NCBI GenBank assembly: GCA_017542965.1
Contig: JAFWEI010000008.1
Span: 16,920-80,919, forward strand
Direction of reading: 5' to 3'
Length of the DNA stretch: 64,000 bases
Source: Loktanella sp.
GTDB taxonomy: Bacteria; Pseudomonadota; Alphaproteobacteria; Rhodobacterales; Rhodobacteraceae
In this document: in pieces, positions 28,218 through 38,451 of the stretch
Numbering within the stretch: position 1 is the first letter of the stretch
Layout: each line of letters starts with the position of its first letter
Translations under genes and position numbers: made by a program
The notes under the pieces: generated by a model
Told to the model about the DNA's origin: nothing
Database searches by the model: none
What the model saw: only the letters and a program-made list of their open reading frames with translations

Positions 28218-29780
28218 TCAGCGTTTCATCGCGCGCCGGAATTCGGCGAGTTTGAACGCGCCGATGACCTGGCCCGTGCCGAAATAGGTGACGATACCTG
28301 CCATGATCAGCACCAGCAGCGCCAGATAGCGCCATGTCGGGATGTCGAAAAACGGTGCCATCACGGCGGCGAGTGCGGCGAGAACGACACCCATCACAGC
28401 TGCAGCCGCGATGATCCGCGGCAGGCGCGATTTGAACCGCGTGTCGAAATCGGCCGCATCCCCCATGTCGCGGCTGCCGCGCCACAGAAGCCAGACCATC
28501 GCCCATGCTGTCAGGCTGGTGCCCCAAGCGGCGGCGATGAAGCCGATCAGCGGCGACAGACCCACGGCAAGGGCGGCATTCAGCACCAGCGCGACAAGGG
28601 CGTAATAGAACGGCCGTTTGGTGTCTTCGCGTGCGAAGAACAAAGGTTGCAGTGTTTTTTGCATCACGAAGGCGGGCAGCCCCAGCCCGTAGACCGCGAC
28701 GGCCAGCGCCGTGGCATTGGTGTCGGCGGCGTCGAACGCACCGCGTTCGAACAGCACCCCGACGAGCGGCAAGGCGATGACCATCAGCGCCACTGCGGCG
28801 GGGATCGTCAGGGCGAGCGAGACTTCGCAGGCGCGGTTGAACGCATCCTTGCCGCCCGCCATGTCATTGGCGCGCAGGCGGCGCGACAGGTCGGGCAGCA
28901 GCACCACGCCGATGGCGATGCCGACGACCCCCAAGGGCAGTTGATAGAGCCGGTCGGCATAGGACAGCCATGAAAAAGCACCGTCAAAATAGCTGGCGAC
29001 CTGACGACCCACCAGCAGGTTGATCTGCACAACACCACCGGCCAGCGCGGCAGGCGCGGCGATGATCGCCAGCCGTTTCAGGGCAGGGGTCATCCTTGGT
29101 CGCCCGATCCGCAGGGTAAAACCGGCGCGGTTTGCTGCCCACCAGACCAGCGCCAATTGCCCGATCCCAGCCAGCGGCACAGCGCAGGCCAGCCAAAGCC
29201 CGATCCGTTCGGGCTGTTCTATTGCAGGCATTGTTCCGGTGGCCGCCGCGATCAGGATCGCGGCCACGAAACCCGCGTTCAGGATCACCGGCGCGGCAGC
29301 TGCTGCGGTGAACCGGCCCATGGCATTCAGCACACCTGACAGCAAAGCCGTCAGCGAGATGAACAGGATATAGGGAAAGGCGATCCGCCCGTAATACACT
29401 GCGAGATCAAAGCGTTCGTCGCCGATAAACCCGCTGGCCATCGCTGCAACCAGCGCAGGCATGGCGATAATGCCGATCACGGTGAAGCCCGACAGGATCA
29501 CCGACATCGCCAAAAAGGCATCCTGCGCAAATTCCTGCGGGCCGTCATCGGCCTCCAGCTTTTTGGAAAACATCGGCACGAAGGCCATGTTGAACGCGCC
29601 TTCCGCAAAGAACCGACGGAACAGGTTGGGCAAAGAAAAAGCCGCGAGAAAAGCCTCGGCCACAGGGCCGGAACCCAGATAGGCCGCGATGAAGATATCA
29701 CGCACGAACCCCGCCAGACGGCTGAGCAGCGTCCACAGGCCCACCGTGAAAAAGCCCGACATCAGGCGCACCTGTTTCAT
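28218..29780 (-). CDS. murJ: Lipid II flippase MurJ
   Basis: TLLSRLAGFVRD, PNLFRRFFAEGAF, YADRLYQLPLGVVG, RGAF; start moved to 29780. Confidence 0.95.
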   Translation of the reverse strand: MKQVRLMSGFFTVGLWTLLSRLAGFVRDIFIAAYLGSGPVAEAFLAAFSLPNLFRRFFAEGAFNMAFVPMFSKKLEADDGPQEFAQDAFLAMSVILSGFTVIGIIAMPALVAAMASGFIGDERFDLAVYYGRIAFPYILFISLTALLSGVLNAMGRFTAAAAAPVILNAGFVAAILIAAATGTMPAIEQPERIGLWLACAVPLAGIGQLALVWWAANRAGFTLRIGRPRMTPALKRLAIIAAPAALAGGVVQINLLVGRQVASYFDGAFSWLSYADRLYQLPLGVVGIAIGVVLLPDLSRRLRANDMAGGKDAFNRACEVSLALTIPAAVALMVIALPLVGVLFERGAFDAADTNATALAVAVYGLGLPAFVMQKTLQPLFFAREDTKRPFYYALVALVLNAALAVGLSPLIGFIAAAWGTSLTAWAMVWLLWRGSRDMGDAADFDTRFKSRLPRIIAAAAVMGVVLAALAAVMAPFFDIPTWRYLALLVLIMAGIVTYFGTGQVIGAFKLAEFRRAMKR

Positions 29781-29802
29781 GACCTTGCCCGCCGCGCAAA
29801 AT

Positions 29803-32616
29803 TCACGATATGGCCCGCTGCGCGCCTTGCGCGATGGCCTCGCGCAATTTGCGTTCAAGGCTCTGGCGCTTGGCCTCGGAATGATATTTCAGCCCGACCA
29901 TATCCTTGACGTAGAAGGTATCGACCACCTGTTCGCCATAGGTCGCGATCACGGCAGAGGCGATATAGACATGCGCATTGGCCAGGGTGCGCGTCAGATC
30001 GTACAAAAGGCCGGGGCGGTCGCGGGTGTCCACCTCGATGATCGTATAGATTTCGGACCCGTCGTTATCAAAGGTGATCTTGGTATCGACGCGGAAGGCG
30101 CGTTCGCGTTTCTTGATCTTGTCCTTGTCTTTCAGCGCCTCGCGCGCGACCACTTCTCCGCGCAGGGTGCGCACGATCATCTGGCGCAGGCGTTGCAGCC
30201 GGCTTTCCTCGTAGGGATTGCCGTCGCCGTCCTGCACCCAGAACACGGCCGTGGCATAGCCGTCCTTGGACGTATAGGTGCGCGCATCCACGATATTGGC
30301 CCCCACCAGTGCCAGCGCGCCGGTCATCCGGCTGAACAGGCCCGGATGGTCCACCATGGCAAAACAGGCGCGGGTTGCGTCGCGGTCGGCGTCCAGCATC
30401 AGGTCGATGCAGACCTGATCATCGTCGATGTCGCGCAACAGATTGGCAAAGATCACCTGCGCGGCATTGGGCAGGCCCTGCCAATAGGGGCCGTAATGGC
30501 GGCCGACCTCGGTTTTCAGCGCCTTGGCGTCCCAATCCGACAGCGCGGCGCGCAGGGCGCGTTTGGCCTCGGCCTCGCGGCTTTCGCGGTTGAGATCCTC
30601 CAGCCCGGTTTCCAGCGCGGCGCGCGTGGCCTTGTAAAGGTTGCGGATCAGCACCGCTTTCCAGTTGTTCCAGGTGCCGGGGCCGACGCCGCGGATGTCG
30701 CAGACCGTCAGCACCGTCAGCAAATCCAGCCGTTCCACCGATTTGACCGCATTGGCAAAGCCGCGCACCGTGCGTGGTTCGGCAATGTCGCGTTTTTGCG
30801 CCACATCCGACATCAGCAGGTGATAGCGGATCAGCCATTCGACAGTGTCGCTTTCTTTCTTGTTCAGCCCCAGACGCGGGCAAAGTTTGCGCGCGATCTG
30901 GGCGCCAAGGATGGCGTGATCCTCGGGGCGGCCCTTGCCGATATCATGCAGCAACAGCGCCACATAGAGCACCTTGCGGCTGATCCCGCGCTTGAGAATG
31001 CCGGACACCACCGGCAATTCCTCGACCAATTCGCCGCGTTCGATCTGGGCAAGGTTGCTGATGCATTGGATCGTGTGTTCGTCCACGGTGTAATGGTGAT
31101 ACATGTTGAATTGCATCATCGCCACGATCGGTGCGAATTCGGGGATGAAGGCCCCCAGCATTCCCAGTTCGTTCATCCGCCGCAGGCCCCGTTCGGGGTT
31201 GCCGTGCTTGAGCAGGATATCAAGGAAAATCCGGCTCGCCTCGCGGTCCTGGCGCATGGCGTCATCGACCAGATGCAGATGCGATGCGATCAGCCGCATG
31301 GCGTCGGGGTGCAGCAGGGTGCCGGTGCGCAGGGCTTCTTCGAAGATGCGCAGCATGTTCAGCTTGTCGGAAAAGAACGCAGGTTCGTCCGCGACGGTCA
31401 GCCGGTTCTGTTTGATCGCATAGGGCGGTTTGGCCGCCTTGCGACGGGTCAGAAACCGCACCAGCATCGGTTCGGGCTTGGTATGGGTCGCCTCGAGCGC
31501 GGTCAGGAAGATGCGGGTCAATTCGCCGACCCGGGTGGCCTCGCGGAAATAGGCCTGCATGAAATGTTCGACCGCCCGCCTGCCGCCGTGATCGGTATAG
31601 CCCATGGCGGATGCCACCTCGACCTGCATGTCAAACGTCAGCTGGTCCACCGCGCGCCCCGCGATCAGGTGAAGATGGCAGCGCACGGCCCAAAGAAAAT
31701 CCTCGGCCTTCACGAAAGCTTCGAATTCGTCTTGGGTAAAGACCCGCAGCCCCACAAGCTCGGCTGCATGTTTGACGCCATTGACGTATTTGCTCATCCA
31801 GAACATGGATTGCAGGTCGCGCAGCCCGCCCTTGCCCTCTTTCACATTGGGTTCGACCATATAGCGCTGGCCACCCTGTTTACGGTGCCGTTCGGCGCGT
31901 TCGGCCAGTTTCGCCTCGATGAAATCGCTGGCGGTATTGCGGAAAAGATCCTGCCACAGCCGCTGACCCAAAGATTGCGCCAGCGCCGCATCGCCCGCCA
32001 GATAGCGGTATTCGACCAAGGCGGTGCGGATCGTGTAATCCTCGCGCGCAAGGCGCAGGCAATCCTTGATGGTCCGGCTGGCGTGACCGATTTTCAGTTT
32101 CAGGTCCCACAGCATGTAGAGCATGGATTCGATCACGCTTTCGGCCCAGGGGGTGATCTTGTAGGGCGTCAGGAACAGCAGATCGACATCGGAATGGGGG
32201 GCCATTTCGCCGCGCCCGTAGCCGCCAACAGCGATCAGCGCCAGCTTTTCCGCCTCGGTCGGGTTGGGGGCCGGATGCAGGCGTTGGGTCGCCACATCCA
32301 GCACGATGGTCACGATCTGGTCGGTCAGCCAGCAATAGGCGCGCGTCGTCGGGCGCGATGCAAAAGGCTGCATCGCAAAGGCCGTGCTGATTTCGGCAAG
32401 GCCCGCCTGACGGGCCTCGGTCAGGATGCGCACCGCGATGGCGCGCAGCTCCTTTTCCGATACGACACCGGCGGTTTCTGCGGCGATTCGTGCGGATACG
32501 GCGGCCGTGTCAAAAATGACAGCGGCCGGACAGATCAACCCGTCCGGTGCTTCGACATGGCGGGTGCGGACGGGTTCAGAACCCGGCTGTGCCAAAGTTT
32601 CTAGGGGCTTGTTCAA
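29803..32616 (-). CDS. glnD: [Protein-PII] uridylyltransferase
   Basis: AVGGYGRGEMAPHSDVDL NTase, PNVKEGKGGLRD, HDIGKG HD domain, two ACT domains (DHPGLF, DRPGLL). Exact start uncertain (TTG). Confidence 0.96.
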   Translation of the reverse strand: MNKPLETLAQPGSEPVRTRHVEAPDGLICPAAVIFDTAAVSARIAAETAGVVSEKELRAIAVRILTEARQAGLAEISTAFAMQPFASRPTTRAYCWLTDQIVTIVLDVATQRLHPAPNPTEAEKLALIAVGGYGRGEMAPHSDVDLLFLTPYKITPWAESVIESMLYMLWDLKLKIGHASRTIKDCLRLAREDYTIRTALVEYRYLAGDAALAQSLGQRLWQDLFRNTASDFIEAKLAERAERHRKQGGQRYMVEPNVKEGKGGLRDLQSMFWMSKYVNGVKHAAELVGLRVFTQDEFEAFVKAEDFLWAVRCHLHLIAGRAVDQLTFDMQVEVASAMGYTDHGGRRAVEHFMQAYFREATRVGELTRIFLTALEATHTKPEPMLVRFLTRRKAAKPPYAIKQNRLTVADEPAFFSDKLNMLRIFEEALRTGTLLHPDAMRLIASHLHLVDDAMRQDREASRIFLDILLKHGNPERGLRRMNELGMLGAFIPEFAPIVAMMQFNMYHHYTVDEHTIQCISNLAQIERGELVEELPVVSGILKRGISRKVLYVALLLHDIGKGRPEDHAILGAQIARKLCPRLGLNKKESDTVEWLIRYHLLMSDVAQKRDIAEPRTVRGFANAVKSVERLDLLTVLTVCDIRGVGPGTWNNWKAVLIRNLYKATRAALETGLEDLNRESREAEAKRALRAALSDWDAKALKTEVGRHYGPYWQGLPNAAQVIFANLLRDIDDDQVCIDLMLDADRDATRACFAMVDHPGLFSRMTGALALVGANIVDARTYTSKDGYATAVFWVQDGDGNPYEESRLQRLRQMIVRTLRGEVVAREALKDKDKIKKRERAFRVDTKITFDNDGSEIYTIIEVDTRDRPGLLYDLTRTLANAHVYIASAVIATYGEQVVDTFYVKDMVGLKYHSEAKRQSLERKLREAIAQGAQRAIS

Positions 32617-33754
32617 GGATCATGACCTGATTTTGTTGGATGGTGGCAACGGCCAGCCCGCGTTCGTTTTGCCCGTTGGGCAGCAGACGGAAAACCCCTG
32701 ATGTGCCGCGAAAGCCCTCTGGCGTGGTCAGGGCGCTGCGTGTCAGCGCGCCGTCGCCCGTGGCGATCAATGCCCCCACAGCGGCGATCCCGTCATAGGC
32801 CAGCCCCGCCAGCGGATGTGGCTGCGATCCATAGGTTGCGGCATAGCGGTCCTGAAACAGGGTCGCAGGGCCTTGGTCGGGCATGGCGAACAGACCGCCC
32901 TGCACACCGGGCAGCGCCAAAAGCTGCGGCACGGCATCCCAGCGGGTCAGCCCGATCAGGCGGGTCTGGGTGGGGTCAAGCCCGGCCTCTGGCAGGCCGG
33001 TGGCAATGATCGGCAGATCGGCATTGGCCCCCGCGGTGGTAAAGATCGCCTGCGCGCCCGTCGCCTGCGCCGTATCGACCAGCTGGCGCGTCGCGGCAAA
33101 GATCGCGGCCTGCGACAGCGGATAGCCCTCGGCCGCCACGACTTGCGATCCGTTCTGGCGCACGGCAGTGGCGATGGCATCGCGGCCCATCTCTCCGCCG
33201 ATGTCCTGACCATGCGCGATCATGAACCGGTCCACGCCTTGCCCGCTTGCATATTGGACCAGCCTGCGCGCGGTATCGTCAAAAGTCTGGCCCAGAATAA
33301 AGACATTGCCGCCCGCGATGCTGGTATTGTTGGAAAAGGCCAGCACGTTGACATTGCTGTTGGCCACGGCCACGCCCGCGGCATTGGCGGCCTCGCCGAA
33401 CAATGGCCCCAGGATGATCTGGGCGCCCTCATCCACCGCCATCCGCGCGACAACAGCCGCCTGCGCGGCATCGGACGCGGTGTTATAGACCCGCAGGTCG
33501 ATCAGCGGCCCGTTCAGATCGGCAATCGCCATACGCGCCGCGTTTTCGAAATTCTGCGCAAGGAAAGCATCGCTGCCCTCGTCCGATCCGCCGGGCACCA
33601 GCAGCGCAACCTGCACGGCGCGCCCGGAACTGACCGTCGGGCCGAGATTGGCACCGGTCTGCAACGGCGCATCACAGGCCGCCAGCCATGCCAGCGACAA
33701 AAAGGCAAAAACACGTGTGACCGGCTTGCAGCCCTGACAAAAAGCGGCGAACAT
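32576..33754 (-). CDS. Penicillin-binding protein activator (LpoA-like lipoprotein)
   Basis: Lipobox WLAAC, VALLVP, ILGPLF, FRGTSGVFRL; divergent from rsmI as usual in alphaproteobacteria. Confidence 0.8.
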   Translation of the reverse strand: MFAAFCQGCKPVTRVFAFLSLAWLAACDAPLQTGANLGPTVSSGRAVQVALLVPGGSDEGSDAFLAQNFENAARMAIADLNGPLIDLRVYNTASDAAQAAVVARMAVDEGAQIILGPLFGEAANAAGVAVANSNVNVLAFSNNTSIAGGNVFILGQTFDDTARRLVQYASGQGVDRFMIAHGQDIGGEMGRDAIATAVRQNGSQVVAAEGYPLSQAAIFAATRQLVDTAQATGAQAIFTTAGANADLPIIATGLPEAGLDPTQTRLIGLTRWDAVPQLLALPGVQGGLFAMPDQGPATLFQDRYAATYGSQPHPLAGLAYDGIAAVGALIATGDGALTRSALTTPEGFRGTSGVFRLLPNGQNERGLAVATIQQNQVMILEQAPRNFGTAGF

Positions 33755-33859
33755 GGTGGTATTCCTTCTGATTGTTGGACAAGCTGGCAGGTCCACTGAC
33801 CGCGCGTTCCGTGCGGTGTTCGTAACGCATCATAAAGCAGGGGCGACAAGGGTCCAGCC

Positions 33860-34720
33860 ATGAATCATCTGACCAAGCCACTCTCTGCCGGTCTTTATTT
33901 CGTCGCGACCCCGATCGGGTCGGCGCGCGATATCACGCTGCGCGCGCTGGATATCCTCGCCTCTGCCGATCTGATCGCCGCCGAGGATACCCGCACCGCA
34001 CGCAAATTGATGGAAATCCACGGTGTGCCGCTGAACGGGCGCAAGGTTGTGGCCTTTCACGACCATAGCGGTGAAGGCGCGGTTGACCGGCTGGTCGCGG
34101 ATATGGCTGCAGGCAAATCCGTGGCCTATGTCTCCGAGGCGGGCACGCCGCTGGTCGCCGATCCGGGATACGAGCTGGGGCGCGCCGCGATTGCGGCCGG
34201 TGTGCCGGTGACGACAGCACCGGGTGCTTCTGCGGTGCTTGCGGCGCTGACGGTGTCGGGGCTGCCCACCGACAGGTTCGCCTTTATCGGCTTCCTGCCC
34301 GCCGCGCGCCAGCAACGCGAAACCGATATCGCAGCACTGCGCGATGTGCCGTTTACGCTGGTCTTTTATGAAAGCCCCAAACGCGTTGGGGAAATGTTAG
34401 CAAGTTTGCGCGATACATTGGGCGGTGAAAGGCAGGCGGTGGTGTGCCGCGAACTGACCAAACGATTCGAGGAAACCACACGCGGTACGCTGGACGAGGT
34501 GGCAAACTACTATGCTGACCGCAACATTAAGGGCGAATTGGTCGTGCTGGTCGGGCGGGCAGGGGCCACGGATGTGGCTGATGGCGATGTGACAGAGGCA
34601 TTGAAAGAAGCGATGAAAACCATGCGTGTGAAAGATGCGGCCACTGTTGTTGCCGGTGCGCTGGGCTTGCCGCGGCGGCAGGTTTACCAGATCGCCTTGG
34701 GGCTGGGGGACGGGGCATGA
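33860..34720 (+). CDS. rsmI: 16S rRNA (cytidine1402-2'-O)-methyltransferase
   Basis: LYFVATPIG..RDITLRAL, AAEDTR, SEAGTPLVADPG, PGASA, FYESPKR, RELTKRFEE. Confidence 0.95.
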   Translation: MNHLTKPLSAGLYFVATPIGSARDITLRALDILASADLIAAEDTRTARKLMEIHGVPLNGRKVVAFHDHSGEGAVDRLVADMAAGKSVAYVSEAGTPLVADPGYELGRAAIAAGVPVTTAPGASAVLAALTVSGLPTDRFAFIGFLPAARQQRETDIAALRDVPFTLVFYESPKRVGEMLASLRDTLGGERQAVVCRELTKRFEETTRGTLDEVANYYADRNIKGELVVLVGRAGATDVADGDVTEALKEAMKTMRVKDAATVVAGALGLPRRQVYQIALGLGDGA

Positions 34721-35073
34721 CAGGTCTGGTCAGCTATCACGCCGGTCTTGCCGCCGAAGATATCGTCGCGCGCAACTATGCCGCGCGCGCCCATCAAGTT
34801 GCGGCCCGGCGGTGGCGCGGCAAGTCCGGCGAAATCGATCTGGTGATGCGTGATGGGGACACGGTGGTTTTCGTCGAGGTCAAGAAAAGCGCCAGTTTCG
34901 CGCAGGCAGCATTACGCCTTGGCCGGCGACAGATGGACCGGCTGTGCGCAAGTGCGGCGGAATTTCTGGCAGGTGAACCACGGGGCCAATTGACCGATAT
35001 GCGCTTTGATCTGGCGCTGGTTGACCGGCGCGGTGCCGTCAGCGTGATCGAAAACGCCTTTATGGAGGCGTGA
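34717..35073 (+). CDS. yraN: YraN family PD-(D/E)xK nuclease
   Basis: GLAAED, RWRGKSGEIDLV, VFVEVK, MRFDLA; follows rsmI. Confidence 0.9.
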   Translation: MTGLVSYHAGLAAEDIVARNYAARAHQVAARRWRGKSGEIDLVMRDGDTVVFVEVKKSASFAQAALRLGRRQMDRLCASAAEFLAGEPRGQLTDMRFDLALVDRRGAVSVIENAFMEA

Positions 35074-35139
35074 ACACGCCATTGCGCCGGACGGCGCGCT
35101 GCGGCATGTAGCGGTATCATTCGCAACAAAGGTGGCACC

Positions 35140-36099
35140 ATGGCGTTGAAAGTCGCGTTCCAGATGGACCCGATCGGGCCGATCAACATCGATGCCGACA
35201 GCACCTTCCGCCTTGCGGAAGAGGCGCAGGCGCGTGGACATGAGCTGTTCTACTACACGCCGGACATGCTGGCCTATGACCGCGGGCGCGTGACGGCCCG
35301 TGGCTGGCCGTTGCAGGTGCAGCGCGTCAAGGGCGATCATTTCCGGCTTGGGGACCCTGCCGAATTGGACCTGCGCGCCATGGATGTCGTCTGGCTGCGG
35401 CAAGACCCGCCCTTTGACATGGGATATATCACGACGACCCATATTTTGGACATGATCCACCCTGCCACGCTGGTGGTGAATGATCCGTTCTGGGTGCGCA
35501 ATTCCCCTGAAAAGTTGCTGGTGCTGAACTTTCCTGACCTGACACCGCCCACGATGATCGCGCGCGACCTGCAAACCCTGCGCGCGTTCCGCGAGGAATA
35601 CGGCGACGTGATCCTGAAACCGCTCTATGGCAACGGCGGGGCGGGTGTGTTCAAGCTGGCGGGGGGTGACGCGAACCTTGCGTCGCTGCATGAATTGTTC
35701 GCGGGCATCAACCGCGAACCGCTGATCATGCAGCAATTCCTGCCTGCGGTGTCAAAAGGCGACAAGCGCATCATCCTTGTCGATGGCGACCCCGTCGGCG
35801 CGATCAACCGCGTGCCTGCCGCGGGCGAAACCCGGTCCAACATGCATGTCGGCGGGCGGCCTGAAAAGGTCGCGCTGACCGAGCGTGACCGTGAAATCTG
35901 TGCCCGCATCGGGCCCGTCTTGCGCGAAAAGGGGCAGGTTTTCGTCGGCATCGACGTGATCGGCGACTGGCTGACCGAAATCAACGTGACCTCGCCCACC
36001 GGCATTCAGGAACTGGAACGGTTCGATGGCGTCAATATCGCCGAAAAGATCTGGCAGGCGATCGAGGCGCGCCGCGCCACCCCTCCATCTTCCGAGTAG
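35140..36099 (+). CDS. gshB: Glutathione synthase
   Basis: [43 protein letters not shown]; the last codons and stop lie inside repeat copy 4. Confidence 0.96.
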   Translation: MALKVAFQMDPIGPINIDADSTFRLAEEAQARGHELFYYTPDMLAYDRGRVTARGWPLQVQRVKGDHFRLGDPAELDLRAMDVVWLRQDPPFDMGYITTTHILDMIHPATLVVNDPFWVRNSPEKLLVLNFPDLTPPTMIARDLQTLRAFREEYGDVILKPLYGNGGAGVFKLAGGDANLASLHELFAGINREPLIMQQFLPAVSKGDKRIILVDGDPVGAINRVPAAGETRSNMHVGGRPEKVALTERDREICARIGPVLREKGQVFVGIDVIGDWLTEINVTSPTGIQELERFDGVNIAEKIWQAIEARRATPPSSE

Positions 36100-36118
36100 A
36101 AATATCCCCGCCGGAGGC
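36086..36118 (-). repeat. Dispersed 33-bp repeat, copy 4 (GCCTCCGGCGGGGATATTTCTACTCGGAAGATG)
   Basis: Minus strand, downstream of comM; overlaps the gshB 3' end and supplies its TAG. Confidence 0.9.
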
Positions 36119-36147
36119 ATCCCGTTCCGCAGGGACGGGACAGCGGC

Positions 36148-37662
36148 CTAGACCTCTTTCGCCATCGCCAGCCGATAGCCCACAGCCTCGGCAACATGGT
36201 GGCGCGCGACGATGTCGGACCCGTCCAGATCGGCGATGGTGCGCGCCACCCGCAAAATCCGGTGATAGCCGCGCGCCGACAGGCCGAATTTTTCGGCCAC
36301 CCGCAGCAAGAGCGCGCGTCCTTCGGCATCCGGCGTGGCGATCTGTTCCAGCAGATGGCCTTCGGCATCGGCATTCACCCGCGCCTGCGGATGACCTGCA
36401 AAGCGCGCGGTTTGCCGTGCGCGGGCCGCCGCGATGCGGGCCGCGATCACGGCCGAACTTTCGCCCGATTGGGGCAGATCAAGATCCTGAAACGCGACCG
36501 GCGGCACCTCGATGCGCAGATCGAAACGGTCCATCAGCGGGCCGGATATGCGGCCCATGTAATCCTCGCCACAGATCGGCGCGCGGGTGCAGGCGCGGGC
36601 GGGGTCCGTTAAGTACCCGCATTTGCAGGGGTTGGCGGCGGCGACCAGCATGAACCGGCAGGGATAGCGCACATGCGCATTGGCCCGCGCGACGACGACT
36701 TCGCCGGTCTCGATTGGTTGGCGCAGGGTTTCCAGCACGGTGCGCGGGAATTCGGGGAATTCGTCCATGAATAGCACACCGTTATGCGCGAGCGAAATCT
36801 CGCCCGGTTTCGCGCCGCGCCCGCCACCGACAATCGCCGCCATCGAGGCCGTGTGATGCGGTTCGCGGAAGGGCCGTTCGCGGTTGATCCCGCCATCATC
36901 CAGCAGCCCCGCCAGCGAATGGATCATCGAGGTTTCCAGCGCCTCGGCCGGCGAGAGGGGCGGCAGGATGCCCGCGATCCGCGCGGCCAGCATGGATTTG
37001 CCCGACCCCGGCGCGCCGACAAGCAGCAGGTGATGCCGCCCCGCAGCGGCGATTTCCAGCGCGCGTTTGGCGCGTTCCTGGCCTTTGACTTCGGCGAAAT
37101 CGCGGCTGTGCTTGGCGGTCTGCGCCTCGCCCGGCACGGATGGCGCGATCACGGTTTGCCCGGTGAAATGCCGCACCATCGCGGCCAGACTGCGGGGCGC
37201 GATCACATTGGCCGCCCCGACCCACGCCGCCTCTGCCCCGCAGGCCGCCGGACAGACCAGCATCCGCCCTTCGCTGGCTGCGGTCATCGCGGCAGGCAGG
37301 GCACCCACGACAGGGACCAGCGTGCCATCCAGCGACAATTCCCCAAGCGCCACGACCTGCGCCGCGTCATCGCGCGGGATGATATCCAGCGCCGCCAGCA
37401 GCGCCAGTGCGATAGGCAGGTCGAAATGCGACCCTTCCTTGGGTAGATCGGCAGGCGACAGGTTGACCGTGATCCGTTTCGACGGCAGCGCGATGGCCAT
37501 CGCCGTCAGCGCCGCGCGCACCCTTTCGCGGGCTTCGGACACGGCTTTGTCCGGCAGGCCGACAATCGAAAAGGCAGGCACGCCGGGGGTGACGGCGCAT
37601 TGCACCTCGACCAGACGGGCCTCGATCCCTTCAAAGGCCACTGTATAGGCGATGGCGACCAT
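36148..37662 (-). CDS. comM: YifB/ComM family Mg-chelatase-like AAA+ ATPase
   Basis: IVGLPDKAVSEARERVR, KEGSHFDLPIA, GAPGSGKS, FREPHHTAS, PGEISLAHNGVLFMDEFPEF, ANPCKCG, LSARGYHRILRVARTIADL. Confidence 0.93.
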   Translation of the reverse strand: MVAIAYTVAFEGIEARLVEVQCAVTPGVPAFSIVGLPDKAVSEARERVRAALTAMAIALPSKRITVNLSPADLPKEGSHFDLPIALALLAALDIIPRDDAAQVVALGELSLDGTLVPVVGALPAAMTAASEGRMLVCPAACGAEAAWVGAANVIAPRSLAAMVRHFTGQTVIAPSVPGEAQTAKHSRDFAEVKGQERAKRALEIAAAGRHHLLLVGAPGSGKSMLAARIAGILPPLSPAEALETSMIHSLAGLLDDGGINRERPFREPHHTASMAAIVGGGRGAKPGEISLAHNGVLFMDEFPEFPRTVLETLRQPIETGEVVVARANAHVRYPCRFMLVAAANPCKCGYLTDPARACTRAPICGEDYMGRISGPLMDRFDLRIEVPPVAFQDLDLPQSGESSAVIAARIAAARARQTARFAGHPQARVNADAEGHLLEQIATPDAEGRALLLRVAEKFGLSARGYHRILRVARTIADLDGSDIVARHHVAEAVGYRLAMAKEV

Positions 37663-37680
37663 GCGCTGCTCCCGCTTTTG

Positions 37681-37718
37681 GTTAACGGGTAGCGTGTGGC
37701 GGTTTACGAATGGTTAAC
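37681..37718. promoter_or_regulatory. Putative CtrA site(s) upstream of comM
   Basis: TTTA-CGAATGG-TTAAC at 37703-37718 (one mismatch to TTAA-N7-TTAAC) plus a GTTAAC half site at 37681-37686. Confidence 0.55.
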
Positions 37719-38393
37719 GGGCCAGTCGCGGTGCGGCAGGTCCATGGGATAGGGCCAGGGGTCGTGGATTTCCGCCATCGCCGCGCGGCGCCAGTCCAGA
37801 AAAGCCGGATCGCGCAGATGGGCGTCGACATAGGCCTGCGCTGCCGCACTGACCGGCAGACCATAGGTGGTGATCCGCATCGCGACCGGCGCATAAAAAA
37901 CGTCCGCCAGCGTATAATCCCCGAACAGCCACGGGCTGTCCGTGCCATGCCGCGCGCGGGCCAGCGCCCACAGTTCCTCGATCCGCGCCAGATCGGCCAG
38001 CACGGCATCCGACGGGGTGAACCCGTCCCAGACATGGGCAATCATGTTCGGGCATTGCCCGCGCAAGGCGCTGAAACCGCTGTGCATTTCGGCGCAGATC
38101 GAACGTGCCAGCGCGCGTGCGGCGGGATCGCGCGGATAAAGCGCCACGTCAGGATGGCGTTCCACCAATGTTTCAGCCATGGCAAGGCTGTCGGTCAGCA
38201 CGAACCCTTCGGGTGTCGTCATCGCAGGCACGGTTCGTGCAGGCGCGATATGGGCCAGTTCCGCCGCCATTGTGCCCGCATAAAGCCCGACCATGCGGGT
38301 CTGGTAGGGCAGGCCGAATTTTTCCAGCATCAGCCAGCCGCGCAAGGACCAGCTGCTGAATGTCCGGTCACCGATGTATATCGTATATGTCAT
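37704..38393 (-). CDS. Glutathione S-transferase family protein
   Basis: YIGDRTFSSWSLRGWL, TVPA, DSLAMAE, EMHSGFSALR, ADVFYAPV; start moved to 38393. Confidence 0.9.
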   Translation of the reverse strand: MTYTIYIGDRTFSSWSLRGWLMLEKFGLPYQTRMVGLYAGTMAAELAHIAPARTVPAMTTPEGFVLTDSLAMAETLVERHPDVALYPRDPAARALARSICAEMHSGFSALRGQCPNMIAHVWDGFTPSDAVLADLARIEELWALARARHGTDSPWLFGDYTLADVFYAPVAMRITTYGLPVSAAAQAYVDAHLRDPAFLDWRRAAMAEIHDPWPYPMDLPHRDWPVNHS

Positions 38394-38451
38394 GCGCAAA
38401 GGTTAGCCGCCAACACTGGCGCGGCAAAGCGACATTGCGTGATCCGCCCCA

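Noticed and set aside
29689-32604. 971-aa plus-strand ORF opposite glnD, and similar long antisense ORFs (28212-28973, 48298-50151, 10236-11582, 55688-56884)
   Set aside because: Each mirrors a confidently identified gene on the other strand; long stop-free antisense frames are expected with this codon bias.
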